Source: Macrostomum lignano (lineage: Eukaryota). From it: a stretch of DNA of 64,000 nucleotides. Positions 46,501-57,700 of the stretch are shown one piece after another. Position numbers and translations under genes: made by a program. Where the stretch lies: assembly GCA_002269645.1 (NCBI GenBank), contig NIVC01002652.1, positions 88,943-152,942 on the forward strand, written 5' to 3'. Each line of letters starts with the position of its first letter. Position 1 is the stretch's first letter. Below the pieces are notes generated by a model. It saw only the letters and a list, made by a program, of their open reading frames with translations, did not search any database and was not told where the DNA came from.

Positions 46501-49500
46501 GCGCCTTCGTCCGGGACTCCGGCCGGATGAGGGTCGCCGATGCCTCCACTGCGGACCTGCCGACTACTGGCGGGGACTGGGCGCACCCCCAAGGCTAATC
46601 CTTGTGCTCTTTTACCTTGGGGTTGCGATAGGGGCCTCACGGCCTATTCGCGGCGCCTGCGCCCCCCGTCAGTAGTAAGTAAGTAAGTAAGACCAGGTTA
46701 CAAGTAGATTGTCGAATGAGTTCATCATATCCTCATAGGCGACCCTTAGACCCATAGACAAATAGGAAGCCCTCTAAGAGCGTAGTACAGAGGCAAACCC
46801 AAAGGAATCCTCACAGTCGACGTTTCAAAATCAATGTTCCATGCTGTACGCTCATTATTCAATGCTTCGGAATCATTATTTAAGGCTACTAAAATTTTTC
46901 GCCACGCGTGAAAAACGAATCATTGTCTACCTCCAAAACCGAATACACAACTAACTATTATTCAAGGCTACTAAAATGCATTCATGGTACAATGGTTAGT
47001 GGTGTAGATGGTTTTTGAGGTTTCGTTTAGGTTTCGTGAGGTTTCGTAACGAAACGACAAGGATTCGTTTTTCGCGAGTGGCTACGCGCACTCGTCTCAT
47101 TGGCCATTAATTTAAATTCTCGCTTCATAATAGCTGTACGAGTATTGATTAAATTGTCTATAGTCGAAACAGGACTTTCAGTTAATGACCAGCCATTAAG
47201 CAAAGGTCATTACCGTGAAGTGACATTTCGATCAATAAAGTTTATTCAGCGAATATTTATCAAGACTATCTGATAATAAAAACAATCGTCCTTGTCTTTT
47301 GCATTGACTTTAGCATTTCGATTCGTTTCCAAGGATTCAAAACCAAATTTTTCAGCTGTGGAAAAGTGCCAAACAAGAAGCTTTACGGCTACAAAAAGGG
47401 TGCGAACTCCGACTCTGGCGTAAAGGCCGAACTCGGTGGCTGTTGGTTCGCGTGCTACGTTGAGGGCGAATGGCGATTCGTGGACCCGCACTGGGGTGCC
47501 ACGGCTGTGATGAATCACGATTCCGGCAGATATGGCTCCATTGACGATAAGGGCCGAGTCAGCAGTGCCAGAGAACAGAAGGGACAGAGCGTATTTCACC
47601 GTGATGAGTTCTACTTCCTGACTGATCCAGAAAGGCTGATCACAAACCATTGTCCACAGCAGCATGATCTGGAGTGGCAGCTGCTAGCGAGGCCACTCAG
47701 TATTGAAGAATTTGAACTGCTTCCTCACTACTTTGGAGGTTTTGCCAAAGAAATGGAATTCTACGATCTGGAGCCGATAAACTATCCTTATAACGTCATC
47801 GTAGCAAAGCCGGGACCCGTTGAGATTCTGTTGAAGGAGCGAGCGGTAGAACAGTATAAGTACAGCGGGCAGCTAAAGATACACAAGAAGCACATCAGCA
47901 GTGAATCGAAGACAGCCATTTTGAGTGCCTATCAGGAGAAGGCCTGCATCAGCAAGGGGATCCGTGTGTCAAAGGATACCGTCAAGTTCATCTTTGAGCC
48001 ACCATATCCAGGACAGTACGCTCTGGAAATCATGCTCTGGCGTCAGGTCAGTGAGGTTACGCTAACTGGATGTAAGTTCCTTACGTATACGATCCACTGC
48101 CCTCAAAACTGGGAATCGGTCGATGTCATCCCGGAGGGCCAGGAAGATCTTCGCGAGTTCGGACCAGGACAAGACCTTCAACGAGCTGGACTAACCTCAG
48201 AAGCGCCCGGAGAGCTGAAAGCTGGCGACGGAGAGGCATCGCTGGAAATTGCACCGCTTCAGGAGGACGAAAGACCTAGTAGTGGCCATCTGAGGTGAGT
48301 GAGTATGAGAGCCACATTCTATGCTGAGAAATCAGAAAGCAAACAGTTAGGGCATGCCTACTATTCAATACAATTCCCTGCAGACAACAAATCACCACAG
48401 CAAACAGACAAGAATCAGTTAGAATCTTCATAAAAACATCATCAGACCAGCAAGACATCATTCTACGATGTCTACGATTCTACGAAGACATCATCGTAAT
48501 ATTGATTTTTGTGGTTATACTAACCAACAGAGAAAAATGAATCAATAAGCAGCCAATTAAAAAATCTGATTCCGACAATATTTACATCGCAGAAATCTGA
48601 CGTGCCAAGCGCTGGGCCCGGACAACAAGCCCCTGCCGACGGGCAGCGTGCTCGTGTGGCGCGACGATCGCCGCAACGCCTTCCTGTTCCTGGCGCCCGA
48701 TTCCGGCTACTACGCTCTGGTGCTCTACGAGAACAGTCGGCCCGTCGGCCAGTTCCTGGTGGACGCCAGCAGCGAAGCCAAGGACGGCGCGAGCTTCCCG
48801 CTGCCCGACTGGAGCCGCGTTGGAGGTCTCGGACTCGCCGCTGCAAGCAAGGCGGACGGCGGAGGCTGTCGGCTGGTGCCACTGAGCCACCAAACGCCGT
48901 ACGTTCGAACCGAAGAGTTCGAGTTGGCGATGCGCTTCGGTGTTGATGGCGCAGGCGAAGAAGGCGACGCAGGCATCGATCTGAAGTCGGAGATGCTTGG
49001 TATCGGAGCAGACGGAGGGACCGAGTCGGTCGGCGACTACTCGTTAGTGAGCGGTGTCGAGGGCGGCGGCTTCGAGGTGCGGTGCCGGTTCCCGAGAGCG
49101 GGCCACTACCTGCTCCGCCTGTCGTTCCGAGAGAGCGGCGGAGACTGGCGCCCGTACTTCACGTACTTCGTGCGAGCGGTGGGCCAGCTGGACGGATCGG
49201 CATCCGCGTTTCCGAGCCTCGGAGCGGACTGGCCGGTCGGCGGAGCGCTCATCGAGCCGCTGGACCGCACGCTATCCGTTGGACAGCCGACGCCAATCCG
49301 CCTCCGCCTTGCAGACGCCGCAGCTATCGGCTCTGTGGAGGTGGTCGACGAGCGAAGCGGCAGTCGGGAGCCGTTGAGTCGCGACCCGCAGGACCCGCGG
49401 TTGTGGTTCGGGTCCGTGACGCCATCTGCGAGCACCGCCGATGGAACGAACGCTGCCGGGAGCGGCGGCGTGACGGTGGTGTCACGCGTCAACGACGGCG

Positions 49501-52500
49501 CTGAGACACAGCTTGTAAAGTTCGACGTCGAGTCGGAGAGCAGCTCGGAGGCCAAGGCGGCGGCACTGCGCGAAGCTCAGGAGCTGAATGAGCGACGTCG
49601 GGTGGCCGAGGAGAATCGGCAGAGGAAGCGGGAGAACCGACGCCGCCGCGAAGAGGGATTGGAGCCACTGCCTACCCAGGTGCATTTTTTAATCCTACTT
49701 GCACATGTATCTCAGATTTTTCCGATTGATTAGTAAATAATGGCACAGATTGATCGCTTATTTCACAAGTTACGGTTTTACTTTTATCTTTATGTAGGAT
49801 TCGCTTAAGAAATTGGCTGAAGCAGAAGCTGCTGCAAAAGCGGCGGCAGAGGCAGAAGCCGCAGCCAAAGCCAATGCGGCGTCCGACAAGACGTTTGAAA
49901 GGGTGGAAGTGGCTTCAAAAAAATCGACTGAATCGAAGACAGCTTCAAATGAGGCCATGAAAGCGGCATCCAGGGCGGAATCTGCCGGTCAGGCGGTGAC
50001 AACGGCGGGTGCCGCAGTAGAGGCGGCTGTTCAGTCAGCGACCGAAGCTGCCAGGACTGCGGCTGAAGCTGCGAAGTCAGGTGAAGTTAAAAAAGCTGCC
50101 AAGGCGGCGAAATTAGCGGAGGCAGCCGCTCTTGAAGCGAAATCTGCCGCTCAGACTGCAGCGAGTGCCGCGACCGATGCGCGTACGGCCGCCAAAGCGT
50201 CTGCGGAGGCGGAGCAAAAAGCCAAGACGGCGGCCGATGCGGCGAGAAACGAAGCGGACCAAGCAGCAGTGGAAGCTGAGAAATCAGGAAATGACGAAAC
50301 CAAAAAGGCCGCTCAAAATGCCGCAACACTGGTCGATGAGGCGCAAGCTAAATTGAAGACGTCAAAGGAGGCTTCAGAAAAGGCTGCCGCGGAAGCTGAC
50401 GCCGCAAGTAAGAAGGCCGCGAAGGCCTCCTCAGATTCTGAGGCTGCAAGCAAATCGTCGGCTGAAGCGAATGCAGCAGCGACAACAGCTGCTGAAGCAG
50501 CAGCAGCGGCAAAGGCAGCCGAGGCAGAAGCTGCGGCGGCAGCGAAAGAAGAGGTCAAACTTCTCATTTCTCAGCTAGACGAGGCGCTGCTTAGTAGAAA
50601 AGTTGTTCAGTTGCGCAAGGCGATCAAGGCTTTGGAGCCGCACGAGTTTGGATTGCACCGCTACCACGAAACGAAACTGCGGGAAGCTCGGCTGACACTG
50701 ACTGCGCTGCAGAATAGGAAGGGTGCGTGAGGAACGGCGAGGTTGTACAGTCCGATTTCAATGAGGAGTTCATAGTTTCGTGGTTTACATTCAGGTTACA
50801 TTCAGTTGAAATTCTCAATGAAGTCATACGAAAGCCTGATACAGGTATAGAGGATTAGAGACAAACCAGATTGGAACCTGATGATTTTGAATGCTTTTGT
50901 TTATCTGATGCATCATTCTTGAGTTACCCGACCAGCTCACCTCCCACCCCTGCAGACATACGGGACGCCATGGCGGACGCTCAGCGAGCCCGCAGCACCG
51001 ACCGCCTGCGCGCGTTGGTGCACCGTCTGGAGGCTGAAGCCGAGTCGCAGCCGCTGACGGAGGCGCAGCTGGCGCTGTTCCGCGAGGACCTGCGGCTCGC
51101 CAGAGAGGCCATCCAGCGAGATGACAAGCTGAAGCGAATTCCCTCACACCGGCTGGAGATGAGTCCGAAGAGTCTGTCCGAGCTGAGGCAGTACAGCCGG
51201 CCAGTGGAAACGGTGCACCGGACGGTTCAGGCGCTGCTGCTGCTGCTCGGGTACTACGAAAAGCGCACACGGGTGAGCGATCCGCGCTTCATCATTGCCG
51301 CTTCTAAGGATTCAGTCTGAGTCTGGGACAAACTATTGAGTTAATCAACCACATTAGGTGTCAAAAGGATTTTTACAAGGTGTTTAGCAATTGCTTAACA
51401 ATGTCCCTTTTGGCGCGAATTTGAATTGGATTTATTTTAATGAACGATTCTTGATGATTTATTAATTATATGGCCCTCTAAAGCAGTGATCGAATTACAC
51501 TACTGCAAGTAGTGGATATTGGTGGAGTGGATTACCATGCATTTTTTTCCACCTGACAGAAATGGCCTCGCTGCCAGCCTCTGTTGAAGAGCATCAACAA
51601 GTCTGTCGCGGACTTTCAGCCGCGCTTCGTTGATCCGCGCATCGCCGCCCGAAGTTCGGAGATTCTGGGCAGCATCGACAAGCGCGAGATCGCCCTGCAG
51701 AGCGCTGCCGCCTTCGCCTTCTATGAATGGGTTTGTTCGAGTTCGAATAAGCAACGTTTTTGAAATTTCGTTCGTAAGCGGAATCGAAAATACGATCTTA
51801 TCGCCCGAAAATACGGGTACTTGAGCCTTGACCGCACAGCGTTCATGTGACAGTCGTTTCCTACAAATGAATTAAGCCGAAAATCATGATCTCACATGTT
51901 ATCTTTACGTTAGACACCATGCATTAGCTACACCCATATCATGCATCCCAAGGTTGGGAGTTTTGGCCTGATCTGACTAATCACGCACAAGTCGCAGACT
52001 CACCATCCGGAAGTTATTAGCGAAAATCGTAATTTCGATTCCGTGGTTAATTGAGTAAATTATTTACAGGTCTTGCTTCATTGGGCCGATAAATAAGAAA
52101 TTCTAGCTCTGAGTTTGCTACATATTGGCCTATTGGTGTGTAAATTTTTGCCTAAATCTGCAGAGAATTGAAGGGTCTCTAAAAATGTTTGACTGCGCTT
52201 ATGTAGAACCTAGAAACCCTGGGGCTACAGGGAACATACTTGGATGGGATCTTCCCTGTGTGCCTGGTCGAACTGCTCTGACAGGATATCGATAGCAGTC
52301 GGCAATTCGGGCTGCATTTTGTCGCTTACAGTAAGTTGACATCCCACTTGGCTTCACAGATTCTAAAATACTTATTCTAGTATTTGTGCTTGGCTTCCGG
52401 TTCCGACTTCTTTGACTGAACCCCCTGTCTCAAAGAGTTTTGACTTTAATTTTCTAATATTCGAATCCTTGCAGGCGGTCAAAACAGCGAACTCGATCAA

Positions 52501-52642
52501 GGAGGCGTCAACACCGGAGACCTTCGTCCCGGCCAGCATGAGGCAGCAGATACAAATCCTCGGCGTCACCGAAGAAGAGGACGCCACGTGGGACTTCGAC
52601 GACGAAGGCATCCGCAGGAGGTCGTCCGTGGTGCCTAAGTAG
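43583..52642 (+). CDS. KY/hillarin-like transglutaminase-like protein, copy 1 (about 1386 aa): TGase-like core, Ig-like repeats, Ala-rich rod, dynein MTBD-like C-terminus
   Basis: Exons 43583-43639 (least certain), 44633-45129, 47356-48294, 48593-49679, 49798-50722, 50956-51272, 51560-51730 and 52475-52642; all phases consistent, 4161 nt total. Motifs [65 protein letters not shown] and [17 protein letters not shown]. Confidence 0.85.
45234..45318 (+). repeat. 85-bp direct repeat, left copy (target-site duplication candidate)
   Basis: Identical by eye to 46688-46772. Confidence 0.92.
45319..46690 (+). mobile_element. 5'-truncated non-LTR retrotransposon with RNase H and C-terminal zinc finger (LOA/R1/I-like group)
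   Basis: Open frame 45321-46598: post-[11 protein letters not shown]...[10 protein letters not shown], RNase H TDGS / QAEI / TDSQA / WTPGH / NELADSLAK, and CPFC...H...C. Ends in a (TAAG)n tail. Confidence 0.92.
46688..46772 (+). repeat. 85-bp direct repeat, right copy
   Basis: taagaccaggttac...ggaagccc; the first 3-4 nt overlap the TAAG tail. Confidence 0.92.
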
Positions 52643-53172
52643 ACTCCAGTCTATCTAAAGACGACGAAAGGCCCCCCAGAAAAACGACTGTGATTTTCCT
52701 AGATGCTGCACAATAGTTATCCAAGGACGTGACACAATCCTGGCTTTCTAAGATCACTTTAATGATCATCAAGCTCATTAAGGAGGGAAAAGGGTTTACA
52801 TCCTCTTTCTTGTAACCAATAATCGTTATTATTTACATTTAAACATGTTTCTTTATATACGAGTAGGTTCTTTGTTTTATGAGCTAAAGTGCCACATGTA
52901 CTTTTAATATATATATCTTTTCCACTTAACCGAAGAGAAGTATATACGAACTAAATAATAATGGCCTAGATTATAGCATTGCAAAGAACTTTTACCCAGA
53001 CACAATGACAAGTCAAAACGGCCATTATTACACCATTCAGCGGCAGATTTTTCCAATTGATAAGAGCAGGCATACTGCTATGATTTTATTAAGCTAATTA
53101 AAAGTTTGACTAAGTTATAGACTCGCCTTTTATCTTATCCGATAGCGAATTCAACTGGCCCTCGCCACGCGT

Positions 53173-53808
53173 AATCAATGTACACCATACTCTCTGTCTA
53201 AGTGACCAATCAGTTCATCCACCCCAATCAATGTACACCATACTCTCTGTCTAAGTGACCAATCAGTTCATCCACCCCAATCAATGTACACCATACTCTC
53301 TGTCTAAGTGACCAATCAGTTCATCCACCCCAATCAATGTACACCATACTCTCTGTCTAAGTGACCAATCAGTTCATCCACCCCAATCAATGTATACCAT
53401 ACTCTCTGTCTAAGTGACCAATCAGTTCATCCACCCCAATCAATGTACACCATACTCTCTGTCTAAGTGACCAATCAGTTCATCCACCCCAATCAATGTA
53501 CACCATACTCTCTGTCTAAGTGACCAATCAGTTCATCCACCCCAATCAATGTACACCATACTCTCTGTCTAAGTGACCAATCAGTTCACCCACCCCAATC
53601 AATGTACACCATACTCTCTGTCTAAGTGACCAATCAGTTCATCCACCCCAATCAATGTACACCATACTCTCTGTCTAAGTGACCAATCAGTTCACCCACC
53701 CCAATCAATGTACACCATACTCTCTGTCTAAGTGACCAATCAGTTCATCCACCCCAATCAATGTACACCATACTCTCTGTCTAAGTGACCAATCAGTTCA
53801 CCCACCCC
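53173..53808. repeat. 53-bp minisatellite x12 between the two KY-like paralogs
   Basis: Unit aatcaatgtacaccatactctctgtctaagtgaccaatcagttca(t/c)ccacccc; no spacers. Confidence 0.97.
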
Positions 53809-54763
53809 ATCTCTCGTTCAATTTAAGTGTAAAAAACGACTTTCTAACTCGTCCTTGTGTCTGTCTGCTGGGTAAAAGTTCTTTATAACGTGCTTTTATA
53901 GCATGCTGCATCGTTGAATAATGGCCAGAAACACACGTGCTACGCGCACTCGTGTTTTTCGCCATTATTAAACTCCGCAACATACTATACAATCTACCAT
54001 GCTGTTCGATTCTTTTAGAACAGATCGCGTTCCTAGATTTTTAAGAGAGTTGATTTTCACATCTAGCTACTTAGCAACAGTGAAAAGTCGCCACCCTTTG
54101 CCCCAGCGAGCAGTGTCTTTCGACCAGCGTCTATCACCTGGCCAACCATTTTGATAGTAAAAAAGCTTGAAAAAACAATGAAAACCGGGCGGAAGCTTCA
54201 AATCCATCCGATCTTTGCCTCCACGAGTCCACTCCTCCAATCCCTCCTCACCCAGCCCAACTCTGCGTCCCGTGGCGCAAGTTGCGTCACTCAAAAATCA
54301 ATATACTGAGCTAGAATTTACTGCGCATTCTCAAATGGTGACGACTTTTTAATTTTGTTGAGTATAGATGTGTCTGCTCCATTCCCAACCTTCTCCTCTT
54401 ATTTATGATTCAATGATTACCAAGTTTTTCGATAGAATTCTCGCATTAATTTGTGACGGAAGTCAACAAGCGGTCTCAATAAACTTTTGCCTGATTTCGC
54501 CTAAAGAGATATGGTGTGAGATTCTTCTTTTCTGAAGTTCTCTTCAAGGTAAAATTACTAAATTAGATTCAAAATTTGATGAGCTGGGCAAGAGATAAGA
54601 ACTCTTCAAAAGCTGATACAGTATCTAAGAGACACTCTGTGACAGCGCAGCGCCAACGGTTAAACACTTCTTGAAAATATTTAAGCATTGGAAACTTGAG
54701 CGAGCAGAGAAGATCCAGGCAAGAGAAAAGGCTTCAGTGATTAGACAGTATCCGCTCCCGACC

Positions 54764-57700
54764 ATGGAAACTGCTGAGTCTGGCATGGTAAGTACTGGCA
54801 CACTTAAATTTCAATTAGCATTGAGTCGTGTTTACAATCCGATTGTTGGTTTCTTTTCATTCAAATAATAATTCATTCATTGAATTTGACTGCATTCTTC
54901 GCTCGTTCCAAAACAAGATTTTGCCTCAAATTTTTTGTAAGTACCGGGTACGACTCTCAGACCCACCAGCTCGTCTTTGACTCCTGTTGTCCTTCATATT
55001 CATCCTCCATCCAACCCCCCCCCCCCATGATACCTATCATGTCGTCTCCAAACCTATTATATCGTCTCCATACCCACCATCTAGTCTCCATACCCTCTGT
55101 CTAGTCTCAATACCCACCATCCAGTCTCCATGTACTCCATCTAGTCTCCATACCCTCCATCTAGTCTCCATTACCCTCTATCTAGTCTTCAAACGCCTGA
55201 GTAGTCTCTAAGCTGGTCCGCAGACATATTTGGTTAGCAGACCTGTAATTGAGCGCAAGGTTGCTTGCTGCTTTCAGTTAAGATGCGCTGAACAGAAATT
55301 TACAATTTAGAAATTTAGCAGTTTTGTCTGAGACAGTGAGCAAATGCTTTTTGTATCAATTGACTTAGGCGAGCTACCTGGACGACTTACCGTACTACTC
55401 CAACTACCAACTGGCCGATGACGAGGTGCCCTTGGCCAAGTACCTGCTTCCCGCCGACTCTGCTGAAGTGCAGCGAGGCGTCGAGTCCGGCCGCTTCCCG
55501 ACGCTGGCCGGCTTGGCGCAGCTGCAGCGGCAGCGAGGCCAGCCGCCCAATCCATTGGGCGACGCAGCGAACGAGTCGCCGCCGGCTCCGTTTCCACCGC
55601 GACGCACCAAAACGGAGCTGCTCGAATCGAAGGACTTTACAGAGACGGACAAGTTCGCTGAGTCGGTGACGCCGTTGCCAAGCGACGACTGGGAGCAGCT
55701 GGCGGAGCGGCTGTTCGAGCAGAGCCGCAGCAACCTGGAGAAGGTGAGGGTCGCGTTCTGCTTCGCCTGCGCGCACCGGCAGCTGGCAGAGGTTGCTGTA
55801 GAGAAGCAACCGTATCAAAATATTCGACTTGGAAACTGCAGCGAGGTTTTTGCCGCGCTACTCATGTAAGATTGCCAAGCCATACTAGAAATCGCTCACT
55901 CGCACCAAAGTTTCAGGTTCCAGAATAAATAAAAATGCAATATTTGACGCGCTTTCAGCAATTATCTACGAGTGCGTCACTAAATTTGGTAACCCACAGT
56001 AAGACAGGCCTGCATGACATTCGAGTTGTGCATGCCAACTATTGTTAAGTGGGCTGAGGACCCAACTGCAAGGCCATGAATGATACACGTATTTCACCAA
56101 CTCTCTTTGATCATACATGCGCACAATCGGCACAATCAGCACTGAGCCTCAGTGCAGCCTTGCCAGGCCTCCAAATTTCATCAGCGCGTCGACCGCATGT
56201 GCCTGCATCAGCTGTGACTTCGTTGGTCACTGGCCTTCACCGAGGCGGAGCTTCTGAACATTCAACAGGTGACACCAGGTAACTATGGACACCCTGTTGC
56301 AACAACAACAACAAAGTACTTCACCCGCCAGCCACGCAGTGGCTAGAAAGAGGGGAAAAGTCAGAGAGCGCGTCTCTGGGCAAAGCCCTCAGAAAGTCAC
56401 AACCCCCAGCTTGGTCCAGGGCGCCAGCATCGGTCAAAAGCCTATCAGGGTATCTCGCCGTTCGCCCTTGGCTTCGCCTGCGCGGTCCCTGCAGCTTGAG
56501 CAGCAGCACCTCGTGCAGCGGCTCAGGGCAGCGAGCCTCCGACCGGATGACGTGGCCAGCCAGTCGAAGTCGCCGCAGGTCAGAAGGCCGCATCATGCCC
56601 TCGTGTAGAAAGCGGCGTTGGTCTCGCTGCCTGAACCGCTGCGCACTCCGAAAGCCCACGCAGCATGGCCGCATGCGCAGCGTCTAGCTGCCTCTCCAAA
56701 GCGTCCGTCAGGGTCCAGATCTCGGCGTTGTACAACAAGACAGTCTCAACGACTACCTGAAACAGCCGAGCTTTGAGCCCGTCATCCAGGGCCTCAGAAT
56801 GGAGCGCGGAGCGCACAGAACGAAACGCGGCCCATGCCAGGCCTTGTCTTCTCACCAGGTTGTCGGCAACGTCCGGCACGAGGCCGCCGAGGTACAGGAA
56901 CCGCTGGCAACGGGTAATCATGATTGCCTCTCGGCAGCGTCTCGGTAGTTGATCTCGACAGGCAGGTTGGAGGACACCGTGAAGACTACCGTCTTCCGTG
57001 CGTTCAGCATGAGGCCGACTCGCGATGCTGCTGCCGTCAGGCCATCCAGCAGCCGCTGAGCGCCTTTTGCCGACGATGACAGCAGCGCGAGGTCGTCCGC
57101 GCAGCCGAGAATGGAGAGCCGCTACTCCGGGTGCCACCGATTTATGCGTCTTCGCAGCAGGAAGCCGTTGGGTACGCCGGTCCTCAGTACCCAATCCAGA
57201 CCAAGCACAAACAGGAAAGGCGCCAGAGTGTCACCCTGCAGCACGCCTGACGACGTGCTAAATTGGTCCGACAGTCCATCTGGCGTCATCACCGAAGCGG
57301 TCGTATCCTGGTACATCAACATGATGGCGGAAATCAGTTGCTCCGGTTGCGGATTTCTCTAGTTTCGCTGATCAAGCCTTAGTGGGCGAATCTCAACTGC
57401 TCGACATCTTCAGCTAGTCTCTCAAGCATTCCGTCATCATCCCGATGCCGTCGACACCTTCAACAGATAGCCCAGATGACTATGCATTTTTCTTCTCTAG
57501 ATACGAGCTACATTTCTGAAACATAAAATTTTTTACCAGTACCTGTTGAAGGACAGAAGCTCTGCCTGGGTGAAGGCCAGTGACCAAAGAAGTCACAGCT
57601 GATGCAAACACGTGTAGTCGATGCGCTGATGAAATTTGGATGCTTGGCAAGGCTGCACTGAGGTGGAGTGCTGCTTGGCGCACAGGGGTGTACTGAATGC

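Noticed and set aside
2940-53808. Tandem arrays of 20-53 bp as CRISPR arrays
   Set aside because: Units are contiguous with no unique spacers, no cas genes are present, and the context is a spliceosomal eukaryote.
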